From: Nitrosopumilus sp.
Lineage (GTDB): Archaea; Thermoproteota; Nitrososphaeria; Nitrososphaerales; Nitrosopumilaceae
Reading direction: 5' to 3'
Assembly: GCA_965218695.1 (NCBI GenBank)
Contig: OZ244651.1
Span: forward strand, 1,184,001-1,248,000
Length of the DNA stretch: 64,000 bases
Below the pieces are notes generated by a model. That model saw nothing but the letters and a program-made list of their open reading frames with translations, did no database searches and was not told the DNA's origin. Below are positions 42,265 to 55,418 of this stretch, piece by piece (positions within the stretch are counted from its first letter, which is position 1; every line of letters begins with the position of its first letter). Made by a program: the position numbers and the translations under genes.

Positions 42265-42599
42265 CTACAGACCAAGCATGGCACGCAGTCCGTCGACGAT
42301 GGTGTCGATCACGACCAGCCAGAGTAGTATGCTGAGTCTGGACAAAGAAGCCAAGTCGGGAAAGGGCTCTGAAGCGTCAATCACGCCCATTCCAAACACC
42401 ACGCTGAACGCCAGATTCATTCCGGTAAGGCCCAGACCCAGATACAGGCAGTTCCTTGCCTTTCCTGGATCATCATGCCTCAGTACAAAATACGCAACAA
42501 TTCCTCCGAATATTCCGATGAATATCGGCAGTAAAAAATACCGGTTCTTCTGGTTCCCTCGTACACGGTGCCCGGTTGTGTCCTCGGGCTATTATTCAT
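42265..42599 (-). pseudogene. Frameshifted small membrane protein
   Basis: Frame YFLLPIFIGIFGGIVAYFVLRHDDPGKARNCLYLG lacks an in-frame start; ATG at 42599 is one frame off. Confidence 0.55.
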
Positions 42600-42827
42600 T
42601 TGGGCCTAGCCGATCATTTTGCAAGATCAGCTGGTGGCCAAATGCCTCCGTTGTCGCGTGTTCAGACCTTCCCGTCCTGCACATTGGGCAGGCATGTGCC
42701 ATAATTTCTGGAGGCGGCTGCCAGACAAGAAAGGCATGGGAAATTCTAATGGGAATTTTTCATCGCTGGCACGCGTTTAAGGCAGCATGGGCAAAACCGT
42801 CTTTGAACCGAATTTTAAAATTTATTT

Positions 42828-44353
42828 GTAAGTGTTCACGTGGTTTAACTCATTTTTAGGCGTATTTTGCAATCTCCGCCAAGTAATCCAATTTCTTGTT
42901 TTTCCATGTCATTACACATGAAAAGAAATTCGCCATCCACGTCATCGTCTCCTCTGCCCTTATGCTGCCCCGTATTTTTCTGTGCACGACTATCTCGCGC
43001 AACCCGCGTTCTGCAGCATTGTTTGTAGGCGGGATCTTTGGGTTCAGCACGAACCGGAACAGGTCGCTGCCAGCATTGCTGATCTTGACCATGAATTTTT
43101 CCAATATTGGATCGTCGGCGTACCTTGCAACGATCTTTTCGATGCATGACGTCAGCATGGCAGACGCGTTGTCCCGGAGAGAGCGCGAGCGTTTCCTGCT
43201 TGCCCTTCTGGCATAATCATAGATTATGCGCAGGTGCTTCAGGACGTTGCGCGCGCCTGGGCAGTCCGGATTGCGGTTGCAGATGTCCCTGGCCTCGCGT
43301 ATTATGTGCGACCAGCAGCGCTGGACGCGGTATTTTCCGTACGCCGTCCAGCCGTCGCACACTAACGTGCCGTCCCAACCCCCAAGCGCTTCTTTCAGAA
43401 CCTTTGCCCCCCGGCTGTCCCGTATCACGTACAGCGCGTGCCCGGTCAGCGGATCGTGCAGTATCCACACCCAGACGTTGCGGCCGTTTAGGTGAATCGA
43501 TGTCTCGTCGGCGTGCAGTATCTTGGCCTTGCGTATCATGGCGGCAATGGCTGCCGCAGGGGCGCCCAGCGACGTTCCCAGCCTGCGCATTATGTTGTGC
43601 GCCGTGCCCGAGGAGAGTGTAATTCCGTACCGCGACATGCGGTCTGCGATCATCCTAAACGGCATGCGACACACGTAATCGTCTGCAACATCAGTCGTTA
43701 TGCTCGGATCGTAGCTGCCCTTGTCTGGAAGGCCGGTCTCGGGCTTGATGTCCACCAGACCGCAGGAGCAGCGACACGTGTTTATGGTGTGGCGCGTGGT
43801 GATGACCTTTATCGTGCGCTCCACCTTGGTAATGTCGCGTTTTTCTGACTGCACTATGGAAAGGCTACCCGAGCCGCATTCGGGGCAGGCCTCCGGGGTG
43901 TGTTCCTCAAACTCGGTGGGTTTTGGCTTGCGGGTGCGGCCCATGTAGCCTTTTTGCCCCCCGCGCGACTTCCCGCTGCCGGCCGCATCCACGCGGTCCT
44001 TTTGATCCCGGGAGGCTTTTGTGGATTTATTGTAGGCATTCTTTTCGTCGCCTTTTCCCTTTGTGTCAGGCCATCCGGGCCCCCTTTTTTGTGATGACGG
44101 GGTGTTGTAATTGTCATGCCGCACCAGCCTGCGCTTAAGATCAGCAACTGCCAGATTCAATTCCTCAATTATCTGCCCTTGCATCTCAATCGTCTGCTTG
44201 AGCTTGATGTTCTCAGTCTTGAGATCCGTGTACATCTTTTTGAGTTCAGCCTGGCTTTTCACATCGGGTTTGGATTACCATCCTATTTGGATCTGTGGTT
44301 TGCACAAAATTTACCCAAGAGTGAACTGAATTAGGCACGACGTGAACACTTAC
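42828..44353 (-). mobile_element. IS66-family element 'S', copy 2 (transposase 42856-44262)
   Basis: TIR GTAAGTGTTCACGT; 8-bp duplication ATTTATTT. Confidence 0.95.
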
Positions 44354-44565
44354 ATTTATTTTATAATTGATCCGCCGCGAATTTATTTGAAATCACGTGG
44401 TTTTTTTAGTTTGATCCGTTGCACATGGATTTCTATGACGGGTCAGATACCCTTCCCATGAATAGAATCATCCCGCTCTCATCGTCCTGTATTGCAAACA
44501 GGAATGGATGATCTGCAACAAATGATGCAATCTCCGGCTCCGACATCCTTCCTGCCACGATGGTA

Positions 44566-47201
44566 TAGTGGCGATCAAAAGTTCTTGCAAAATAATTTGG
44601 CTTTTCTGTTAAAGAATTTGATCAAATCCAGATTGAATCTCGCAGTTCGATAGTACTGGGAGACGGCACTGTGCATGTCCAAGAAGGTTTTGTAGTATTC
44701 TGAAACAAGCAGGTTCCGTTTTCCTTGGTGCCAGCATTCTTCCACGGCGTTGAGATACGGCGAGCCTTTTGGCAGGTATATGATCCTGATGTTCTTGTTC
44801 TCGCGCAGCAGCGTCCGGACGGCTTTTGCGCGGTGCGGGGACGCCCTGTCCACCAGGACGGCAACCTTCCCAAAATGCCTCTGCATGGCCTTGAGATAAG
44901 CAACAAAAGTGGGCGCGTTAAACCCGCTGGCAGTCCTGAAGAACTGCCTGCCATCCATTGTAATTGAACCGTACGCGGTAATTCTTTTGTGGCTTCCAGT
45001 GTATGGCACGGTTATTGGCACCCCCACGGGGGACCAATACTTGCGGCCAGATTTTACGTCGTGTATGAAGAACGCCTCGTCTTGCACGGCCAGGACAAAA
45101 CCGTCTTTTTCTAGGCGTGAAATTCTCTTTTTGAGGCGATATTGCCAGCTTTTTACGGCCGTTTTGGTGGCCCTGTTGATGTGGATCCTTTGCGACCCCT
45201 TGGGGGACAGACCGTATTTTTGCATGATTTTCCTGATGTTCGTCCTGTGCATCTTTGTTCCCGTCTCCCTGTGTATGACCTGTTGCAGTTCGGCAGGAGT
45301 GGTCTTGAACCGGTCTACCTTGTCCAGTATGCCGTCCATTGCTTCAGGTGAAATCTTGGGCGGCCTGCCGGATCTGGGAAGATCCCGGAGGCCTTGTAGA
45401 CCTCCATTCTCGAAGCGTTCCAGCCAGTTGCGTACCCACCTGGGACATCGCAGAAGATTGACGGCCGCATCATCTATGCTCATTTTACGAAAATGTACCA
45501 TGTGTACTGCAAGCATTCTGGCTCCCACCCTGAGGTCCTTTTCTTTTTTGGTAAGTGTTCACGTGGTTTAACTCATTTTTAGGCGTATTTTGCAATCTCC
45601 GCCAAGTAATCCAATTTCTTGTTTTTCCATGTCATTACACATGAAAAGAAATTCGCCATCCACGTCATCGTCTCCTCTGCCCTTATGCTGCCCCGTATTT
45701 TTCTGTGCACGACTATCTCGCGCAACCCGCGTTCTGCAGCATTGTTTGTAGGCGGGATCTTTGGGTTCAGCACGAACCGGAACAGGTCGCTGCCAGCATT
45801 GCTGATCTTGACCATGAATTTTTCCAATATTGGATCGTCGGCGTACCTTGCAACGATCTTTTCGATGCATGACGTCAGCATGGCAGACGCGTTGTCCCGG
45901 AGAGAGCGCGAGCGTTTCCTGCTTGCCCTTCTGGCATAATCATAGATTATGCGCAGGTGCTTCAGGACGTTGCGCGCGCCTGGGCAGTCCGGATTGCGGT
46001 TGCAGATGTCCCTGGCCTCGCGTATTATGTGCGACCAGCAGCGCTGGACGCGGTATTTTCCGTACGCCGTCCAGCCGTCGCACACTAACGTGCCGTCCCA
46101 ACCCCCAAGCGCTTCTTTCAGAACCTTTGCCCCCCGGCTGTCCCGTATCACGTACAGCGCGTGCCCGGTCAGCGGATCGTGCAGTATCCACACCCAGACG
46201 TTGCGGCCGTTTAGGTGAATCGATGTCTCGTCGGCGTGCAGTATCTTGGCCTTGCGTATCATGGCGGCAATGGCTGCCGCAGGGGCGCCCAGCGACGTTC
46301 CCAGCCTGCGCATTATGTTGTGCGCCGTGCCCGAGGAGAGTGTAATTCCGTACCGCGACATGCGGTCTGCGATCATCCTAAACGGCATGCGACACACGTA
46401 ATCGTCTGCAACATCAGTCGTTATGCTCGGATCGTAGCTGCCCTTGTCTGGAAGGCCGGTCTCGGGCTTGATGTCCACCAGACCGCAGGAGCAGCGACAC
46501 GTGTTTATGGTGTGGCGCGTGGTGATGACCTTTATCGTGCGCTCCACCTTGGTAATGTCGCGTTTTTCTGACTGCACTATGGAAAGGCTACCCGAGCCGC
46601 ATTCGGGGCAGGCCTCCGGGGTGTGTTCCTCAAACTCGGTGGGTTTTGGCTTGCGGGTGCGGCCCATGTGGCCTTTTTGCCCCCCGCGCGACTTCCCGCT
46701 GCCGGCCGCATCCACGCGGTCCTTTTGATCCCGGGAGGCTTTTGTGGATTTATTGTAGGCATTCTTTTCGTCGCCTTTTCCCTTTGTGTCAGGCCATCCG
46801 GGCCCCCTTTTTTGTGATGACGGGGTGTTGTAATTGTCATGCCGCACCAGCCTGCGCTTAAGATCAGCAACTGCCAGATTCAATTCCTCAATTATCTGCC
46901 CTTGCATCTCAATCGTCTGCTTGAGCTTGATGTTCTCAGTCTTGAGATCCGTGTACATCTTTTTGAGTTCAGCCTGGCTTTTCACATCGGGTTTGGATTA
47001 CCATCCTATTTGGATCTGTGGTTTGCACAAAATTTACCCAAGAGTGAACTGAATTAGGCACGACGTGAACACTTACCTTTTTTGTATGCTACTTCGAGTT
47101 CTTCCCGTGTTACTTTGATCATGCCGCGTTAGGCGACCGGCTGATCTACATAGTTTTCGGTCTGAGGTGCTGAACTTGGAACGAACTTTCACTTTTCACT
47201 A
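44566..47201 (-). mobile_element. IS630-family element type B', interrupted by IS66 (transposase 47122-47077 + 45542-44575)
   Basis: TA duplication at 44564 and 47202; TAGTG termini; rejoined N-terminus MIKVTREELEVAYKK-EKDLRVGARM. Confidence 0.9.
45551..47076 (-). mobile_element. IS66-family element 'S', copy 3 (transposase 45579-46985)
   Basis: Same TIRs; 8-bp duplication CTTTTTTG. Confidence 0.95.
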
Positions 47202-48099
47202 TAGTTACAGCAGCTGCCTCTGTTCCCTCCTCGTTTACCTTAACATATGCATCCTGGATTGCCTTTGAGACGAACAGGTTTCCAGACGAGATGTCCTGCA
47301 TTCCTGAAAAGTCCGCATTAATCTGATCGAATGCATCTGCCACCCCGAGATTCTTGAGATGGGGTATGAGGTCGTAGTGTGTCTTCATCTCAAATTTTGG
47401 CATTTTTATCTCAACTTCGGTATTCGCCATGCCCTGCCTCCATTGCCCTATCCGTTCTGATGAGAGCGTCTCTTCTATCTTCTGTATGCCGTCCCTGTCC
47501 GACGGCAGCACTATCAGCATGGACAGCCTGTCGCCCTTGTATGGAAGTTTCAGGACCTGAAGACTGTCCAATTGTACCATGTCAAAAGATCCTTTCATGT
47601 TCATGAAGTCCGCCCCGACTCTCTGTGCGGGGGCTGTCCAAAAGTCGGATTCAAGCGTGTTCTCTTCGGAGAATTGCGTCTTCCAAGTGCCCTTGAAGTA
47701 TATGGCGTTTAGGAGTGCAGCTGCGGTGGTTCCGTCCACGTCCTTAAACTCCAAAACCTTCGGTATTTTGCCGTGTGTCTTTTCGTTGGCCCATGCGTTT
47801 ATTCGCGGTACCCCGCCGGCATCACCAACATCCAAAAAATCAACGCTCTCTATTTCTGCAAGATACGTACTGCGTACCACGTCCGTGTATGACTCGTAGG
47901 GAACGAACCAGTCGGCAAGCCACAACGAGTTTGCCATGTCGAGTGTGGCATCCGGATCGTCGCGGTTTATGGAGGATATGAGGTGGGCAGTGGAGTTGTG
48001 ACGGGAGGCATGATCGGGCTCAAAGCCAAATGTCTGCTGCATCTCCTCTGCGGTGTTGTTTCGGGCACCCTCATACAGCATTGAAAATGCAGTATGCAT

Positions 48100-49340
48100 T
48101 GATCTGGACCCCTGTTTTTGGTACCACTTTTTGCATCTTTTTCCGAATAATCCTGCCTCTCATTTATTCCCAACCTCCATCTTGCCTACAAACTCATCAG
48201 GTGTAAGATATCCCAGCGCCGAATGGATCCTGTCCTTGTTGTAGTCCTCAAAGGCCTTTGCAAGCACGACCTCGGCATCCTGAAAGCGTGCAAATTCATG
48301 CGGCCAGATGTACTCCCTCTTGAGCGTCCCGTGGAATGACTCCACGTGTCCGTTCTGCTCCGGCGTCTGCTTCCAGATGAACTCGTGTCTTATCCCCAGT
48401 GCCTGCATGGCCTTTTTGAATTCGCGGCTGCTGTACTGGGAACCGTTGTCGGTCCTGAGCCTCAGGTTTGAGATCTCTCCTGCAGACGACACCGCCTTTA
48501 GCACCGATTGCACTGCCGTGTGGGCAGGAGCCGTGGTGTCAAACATGTACGCCACCCACTTTCTGGTGAACACGTCAAGGACGTTGAAACAGTAGCACCA
48601 TCCATCAATCCCGCAGTGGATGTACGTTATGTCAGTCTCCCATAGCTGGTTGGGTGCGGTGGGCTTGAACCTCCTGCGCCTTGAGGCACGAATGATGTCG
48701 TTTTTAGTCTTTTTGGGCTCGATCCAGCCTATTTTGTGATATATTCGCTGTATTCTCTTGCGATTTGTTGGAATGTTTGTCTCCCTGGTGACCTGCGCTG
48801 CCATGCGCCTGGTTCCGTACGTGGGACGCTTGGAGGCTATGGTTCTTACCACGTCAACCACGTCCGGGTCCATGGCCACGTCTCTTGGCTTCTTGGTGTA
48901 GTACCAGGCATGCTTGGACATGCCGCAGTACTGCAGGGCCTTGTTCAGGCTCATACGCTTGCTTACATCACTGATGGCCTGCATCTTCATCACTTTGTTC
49001 CCTCCAAAGTTTTTTTTAAAATGTCGTTGGCTACGGTGATCTCACCGATTATGCGCTTGAGGTTTTCCACCTCTGCCAAGTGGCTTTTGGCCGCATCCCC
49101 CCTGTTTATGAGAGCATGTTTGCCTCCCTGCAGGAACTTGCCCTTCCAGTCCTGAAAGGTTGCAGGAGATATGTTGTGCTTTCGGCACAGCTCGGCAGCC
49201 GGCACATTGGTGGTAAAAAATTCCATCACTATCATGACCTTGTCTTGTGGACTTCGCCTCTTGCTCATGCCCTTCCCTCGACCCCCTGCTCCAAAAAACA
49301 TTCGGATTTGATCGGTCTCATTCTAGCGGGGTCCGGCCCA
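48100..49340 (-). mobile_element. IS3-family element (orfA 49268-48990, orfB 48993-48160)
   Basis: TG...CA ends with GGACCCC; 4-bp duplication GCAT; orfA HTH ending ILKK on an A7 run; orfB WETDITY, TDNGSQY, QNGHVESF and HSALGY motifs. Confidence 0.94.
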
Positions 49341-50217
49341 GCATGCTGACGGGTGAGAAGAAAATGTTGTCATTGCCGTCTGAGATCTGACTGTAAAAAT
49401 CCACTGCAAAATTGTTGTTTGCAGATGCAATCTCGGGCGGGATTATCGGGTCTGCATCGGTTGCATGTATGACGGCGACATTGACGAGGAGATCAATGTT
49501 GCTGGGCCCTATTGGGTCCAATCCCAGTCTTTGTGCAGTCGTCTCGAATATGCACGCAGGATGGCCGCTTTGGAAGATCACCAGAACTCGGCCGTCATTG
49601 CACCGTATCTCGTCAGGAGCCACGCCTGACTGCATCTGTTTTAAGGGGGACTCGAATGCTGCGTGTGACTGCGATACTGCAAGGGATGCGACCATGATCA
49701 AAAATAGAACCAGGTACTTCAACAGGGTGTATGTCGTGATGTCTCTTATAACTGTGATATCCGGCAGTTTTTCTCCAAATGCTGGCGTATTTGCCGCTCA
49801 ATGCATCTCTTGAATTTCTCAGGCAGGGTCGTTTCTGGGTAATCCCAGCACCGGAAATACAAAAGAATTACACAATTTGAATAATTTTAGGTTATTTTCG
49901 TTTTCTCCCACCTAAAACTATGCTGTCAATTCCATAATTTCGTTTGTACCTGTCCACATAATCCGCAATGTCCTGTGAAAGATTGGAATCAACCACATCA
50001 TAAATCACTGCACACAAATTTGGATACTGCTCTTGGTATTCCTCTAATTGTCCACCAAGATTTCTCAGATCAGATCTTGCATGAGGAACTTTTAATTCAA
50101 AGGCATATTTGTCATCCACCAAAATATCTAGAATGTCTCTGCCTTGAATGGTTACCTGCCTGCTTATTTTTCTTTCAGAGAATTTTGCTTTCAGAAACAC
50201 CATCAGTTGAGCTTCTA

Positions 50218-51318
50218 TACTGACACGCAAAAGTCTTTGAGCAAATGCCCTAGCCAACCGCAAAGTTTCTAGATCAGACTTTCTTTCATGGAGACATGGA
50301 CGACTCCAAACTGGAAGAACTAAAAAAAGCGTGCAAAAAAGAAAAAGACCACAAGGTTCGGGCTAGGATGGTCACGGTACGCATGGTTCGCGTGTTCAAC
50401 ATGACCGTGGAGGAGACTGCCGACATCCAAGGACGGAGCCCAAACTGGGTCCGCAACTGGTTGAGCCGCTTCGATGACGGAGGCCTGCAAGGCCTCCGTG
50501 ATCTTCCCAGATGCGGACGGCCCAGAAAGATCCCGCAAGACGTCATCGACGGAATAATTGCAAAGACGGCATGCCATAAAATCACGCCCTCGGAACTGCA
50601 ACAGAACATACACCATGACACGGGCGTAAAGCTTCACATCACGTACGTCAGGAAGATCATGCACCAGTACGGCCTGTCCCCGAAGGCACCACGGAAAGTC
50701 CATGTTAACAGGGCCAACAAAAAGGCCGTGCAGAACTGGAAATACCGCTTCAACAAGCGCGTTTCACGCCTAGAAAAGGAGGGATTTACCACGGTAATGG
50801 AGGACGAGGCAATCTTCATACACGACGTGATAGTCGGCCGTAAATATTGGTCCCTGGTGGGCCATCCCATAAGCGTGCCGTACACCGGCAGCCACAAGAG
50901 GATCGCAGCGTACGGCTCGATCGCAAAAGACGGCAGGCAGTTTTTCCGGACGTACGAGAAATTTGACGGACCCACGTTTGTCAGATACCTCAAGGATCTG
51001 CACCGGCATTTTGGCAAGGTGGTAGTGACGGCAGACCGGGCCCCGCAGCACCGCTCAAAACTGGTAAAGGAATTTCTGCGCAGCAACAGGGATGTCAAGA
51101 TGATCTATCTGCCAAAGGGCTCGCCGTACCTCAACGCGATGGAGGAATGCTGGCACCAAGGAAAGCGCGTCCTGCTCGTCTCGGAATATTACCGGACATT
51201 TCAGGACATGCACCGGGCAGTTTCGTTGTATTATCGAACCGCCAGGTTCAAGCTTGACATCCTCAAATTTACCAGCCGAAAATATGAGGCATTGTGCACA
51301 AACTTTTGATCGTCAGTA
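50218..51318 (+). mobile_element. IS630-family element type E, intact transposase 50296-51309
   Basis: TA duplication; TIR TACTGAC...CAAAAGT; EDEA, ADRA and MEECW motifs. Confidence 0.93.
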
Positions 51319-51610
51319 TAAGTGTTCCTCATTGGTAATAGCCTCAGGCTCAAAGTCAACTTTGATTGAATTTATGATGCCTCAAAATCAGTTTGGGCAA
51401 ATTGTTCATCATTATCAGAACCAAAAAAACTAGGCGTTACGATTCGCTTTTTTAATGCATAGGTTCTGAGCTGCTCATAGGATATTTCATTACTTTCAAT
51501 ATGTTCCCATGCAAAATCAAGATAGTCTCTTCTGCTGGGTTTTTGTGTGTATGTTCTGCCTGTTTTTTTATCTTCTTCTTTCCACGGTTCGGGCTTGTTA
51601 TTGATATATT

Positions 51611-53159
51611 AGAAGCTATGCGTAATCCTTCCATTTCGCTGGATTAAACCGGAAAATTCCGGAAAATATTAAAAATTCTGATTTAATTCTCGCCATGTTA
51701 GCCATGTGGGGATCCTGTCCTGCCCGAAATACGAAATAACGTGCGCAGCCTTGCAGCACCACGATGTGCACGGGATTAATTGTTTGAGACGGCGCTGCCG
51801 GGGGCGTTTGCCTGTTCCCAGTTTATCACCGGCCCCAGATTGCCGCCTGAAGGAGGCGGTCCCTTCTCCAGGTAGTTCCACACGAGGTCCAGGTTTACAA
51901 GCCCGGCTATTATGTTAAATTCCCTGTTAAAGTCGCCAATCTTTCCTTTGTATGGCGCGGTAAGCCGGCCGTACCGCTTCAGCCTGCCGATGGAGTGCTC
52001 CACCTTTACCCGGGCGGAGTTGATTTTATGGTTGTGCTCTTTTTCCTCCTTTGTAAAGCGCTTGTGGTTCTTGGTCTTCTTGTGCGGCTGCAGGGTGTTT
52101 GTGCCGGGCAGATCCTTTGCAATTCCCTTGTAGCCGCGGTCAGTAAGGGTGTGGATCCTGTCCTCTTCGGGGGTGTTCTCGTCGCACATGCGGTCCCACC
52201 ATTTTCCAAATGGCAGCGGGCTCTCCCTGAGCAGCGTGATGTCGTGGACGGATCCCACGGTGCTGCCGGATATGGCGACTATCACCCCGTTTTCGTTTAT
52301 GCACACGGTGGTGTTGAGCGTGAATTTCTTCTTCTTGCCAGAATACATCATGCTCCTCATCTGTTTTTCGTCCGGCCTCTGTATGGGGCAGTGCGTGCCG
52401 TCGATCATCATAATGCCCCCGTCAGGCCCGGAAATTATTTTTTTGAGATCCTCTTTTGTCTCCGTGTCCTCTATCTCCTTTGAGATGTTGGCAGCGGTGG
52501 GCAGCACCGCCTCAAGCACCCCGTCTAGTACATCGATATACCGGGACACGGTCGCCTGGTCTATTCCAAAGAATGCCGCAAGCACGCCCTGCGTGGGGTT
52601 GCCCTTTTTGTACATCAGTGACATGAGCAGCGCGTGCCTTGGGTACAGCTTGCAGCGGTTCCCGGGATCCGACGCCCTCGTCTCGTCACTCCTGAAGAGC
52701 GGGGATTTGCCGCTTTGCCTTATCCACGCCTCGGCCCTGTCAAGCATGTATTGGAACTGTTCCCTGCGCTTCAGCGTCGCGTCATGAAGATTTTTCCCGA
52801 CTCTGATGATCTCATCAAGCACCTCCACGCGGTGCAGCAGGGCGGGCTCTCCTGCGGCTCCGGACTCGGAGCCGTCCCGTGTGCGCCACAGGCTTTGCTC
52901 GTGCCTGGCAGCTGCGTCCTGGCGCTTGATGTCAGCGTCCTGGCGCTTGATGTCAGCGTCCTGGCGCTTGATGTCAGCGTCCTGGCGCTTGATCATGTCT
53001 CTGAGAGCCTTGTTCTCTTTTTGCAGGTCACTTGTTTTCTGTTCCGACAACAGTATGAACCGGCATATTCTGGTTTTAATTGGATGGATCATAAATTTTT
53101 GACAGCAGGACTAACGTCAACGCGGAGTTTGAAAAAGTTCTGGATTACGCATATTTTCT
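51611..53159 (-). mobile_element. IS5-family (ISL2/IS702-like) element, transposase 51776-53092
   Basis: TIR AGAA..TATGCGTAATCC; 3-bp duplication ATT; IDGT, YSGKKK, TDRGY and RVKVEH motifs. Confidence 0.92.
52914..52993 (-). repeat. 21-bp tandem repeat (about four copies) encoding IKRQDAD
   Basis: gcgtcctggcgcttgatgtca repeated within the IS5 transposase N-terminus. Confidence 0.92.
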
Positions 53160-53581
53160 ATTTTAGAAAAAAATCATCAAGCTCAGGGATCTCAAATTGG
53201 GCTAAAAGATCATCTACTTGGCCTTCATATTCCTGGAGTTCCTGCTCTTCTACGCGTCTCCGTTCTTGTTTTTCATCATACTGTTTCTTGACGTTACCGA
53301 GAAATTTCTTAAAACCCAATGAATTGGTAGAAGGTATTCTCATTATAACAATTTCGCCGCTGTCCGCATTCTGAGAACTTGGTCTCATTTCACGATGCAT
53401 TGGATTCGTGCAGGCATCCTAAATCGTAACCCTGAAGGAGTTTCTGGCGCTGCCGTGTTTAAGATTAGTCATTTTTGAATCGTCCTCACCCTGTGGGGTG
53501 TGGCATCAGCTGGAAAGAATCTTGTCTGAATCCGGCGTTCTGCTCATGCTAGGCAGTCCACAACTTGCATGTGGCCATATT

Positions 53582-54881
53582 CAGTAGTCGGAAATTTACC
53601 CTCTAAGCCATCCAACAGATGTTCGCAGACGTGTTAACATTTTTCGAGCATACGGATCTATTATCTACGGCGTCCTTGCCCACCCTAGTGTTTGCGCAAA
53701 AAGGTGGGCAGGTACACCGTAACAAGATCGGAGAAAGGATGCTTAATACCTTGTCAGGAATACTGTGGTCTGCACCCATAGGATTCCCTACTGGGAACAA
53801 TGCCCAATACGGGGTGGGCGAGTTTGCAGCCATACTGATGAAGATGTCTGAATCCAACATAGCCTCCGAGGAGGCAATCAGGCTGCTCAAGCATGCCAAA
53901 AAGAAGATGCCGTCACCCAAGTGGTTTCGCAACATGGTAAACTCGCTAGAATCAGACGGTGCAGACGAACTCTGCAGGGACATGCTCACACGCACCGCAA
54001 GGCTTGCCAAGAATACGTGCCGGTACAAGGGAGGCGTACTGGTGGCAATAGACAAGCACCTGATACCAAGGCACGACAAGGACAACATGTCACACCTGAT
54101 ATGGTCCAAACCAAAGGGCGGTACAGGCAGGTTCGAGTGCTATGCGACAATGCACGTGGTAGCAGAGCAGGTTCCGGCCATTTTGGAGTGCATGCAGGTC
54201 ACGCGCAGCGTGGACAACGCCGATTTTGTGCGTAAATTCATGCAAAAACTCAGGGATTACAGGATACGGGCCCGGCTGCTGCTGATGGACCGCGAGTTTT
54301 ACTCGACTGAGATAATCAGGCTTGTATCCGAACAAAGGCGCAAGTTCCTGATGCCGGCAGTCAAGAACGTGGGGATGAAGAGGGCGATACGGGAGCACCA
54401 CGATAAATCACGCAGGGCAGTCTCACGGTACACCCTCAGAAACGCAGCAGGCCAGTCTGTTACATTCACGTTGATAATCACGCCCTCAAAAAAGATAGAC
54501 GATCCTGATGCCGATGCCACGGAAAGATACCATGTCTTTGCCACCAACCTTTCCCCTGCCAGGGCGCTAGACGAGATTGAGACGCTTCCAGAGGAGTACA
54601 GGAGAAGGTGGGGGATAGAGACAGGATACAAGCAGGTAGAGCAGGTGCGTCCGAGGACGACAAGCCGCAATGCGTCGTTTAGGGCAATCATGTTTTACGT
54701 CTCGCTGTTCATGTACAACACGTGGGCAGTGGAGCAGTACCGTGCGGATTCGAGTTATGATCGGGTGACTCTGGCGCTTGTCGCATATGCTGCGGCCATG
54801 GCTGCATTGGAATTATGTAGGATTGTGGGTCAACCGTATGATGTCGGGGGACCTGCCTAAGGGGTAAATTTCCGACTACTG
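53582..54881 (+). mobile_element. ISH3-family (IS4-like) element, transposase 53619-54860
   Basis: Perfect 20-bp TIR CAGTAGTCGGAAATTTACCC; 5-bp duplication ATATT; VAIDKH, LLMDREFYS and YRRRWGIETGYK motifs. Confidence 0.88.
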
Positions 54882-55418
54882 ATATTGGTTAATGAGTTAA
54901 TAAGAAGCATTCTTGGTTTTTTTGGGGCATGTTGCTTGTGTTGCGGAGCGATCTACCGAATTTTCCACGTAGATGCTCTACCGGTAACTTCCCAGAGCCA
55001 GTTTTTCAGCAATTTTAGATATGAAGTATTCTAAACCACGAATAATTGGTCTTAAACAACTAATCAAAAAGAAAAAACAACTCGTAGAAAATAAACTAAA
55101 AAAATCAAAGGACTCTCTGTCGTTTTTGAACAGCACCCAAAGAAAAAATTCCATACAAAACGAAAATTATTGAATCTGAAATCCAAATCAAATCGTTGAC
55201 TCAAACTCCTTGAAATTCTCAATTGAAGTTATAGCCAAACAAAATACATCAGAACTAACCTCAGTACCAAAAAACGAAATAACTAATTTGTCCTTAATTT
55301 TGGAATAATTATTGCTGCAATTGTTATTGCAATTCCTGCATACAATGCTAATGACCATACTAACCAATATGGATCATTTGCTGCCGCATCAACTGGCAGA
55401 TGGTAAATCTGGTAGCTA

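Larger units (their letters stand above)
44433..49722 (-). pseudogene. Secreted serpin gene in three pieces (49722-49341, 48095-47202, 44563-44433; 468 aa restored)
   Basis: NIFFSPVS-MHTAFSMLYEGA, NAIYFKGTW and VNEEGTEAAAVT-TIVAGRMSEPEIASFVADHPFLF..ILFMGRVSDP; pieces sum to 1407 nt in frame. Confidence 0.93.
49892..53343 (-). pseudogene. PD-(D/E)XK nuclease-like gene in three pieces (53343-53160, 51607-51319, 50215-49892) plus one frameshift
   Basis: Junctions rejoin as DFFLK-YINNKP and NEEHL-EAQLMVF; C-terminal DILVDDKYAFELK..GQLEEY; low GC; 1-nt shift near 51380. Confidence 0.7.

Noticed and set aside
47146-47201. Apparent serpin C-terminus VKSESSFQVQHLRPKTM
   Set aside because: It is read-through into the IS630 end; the real C-terminus is at 44563-44433.
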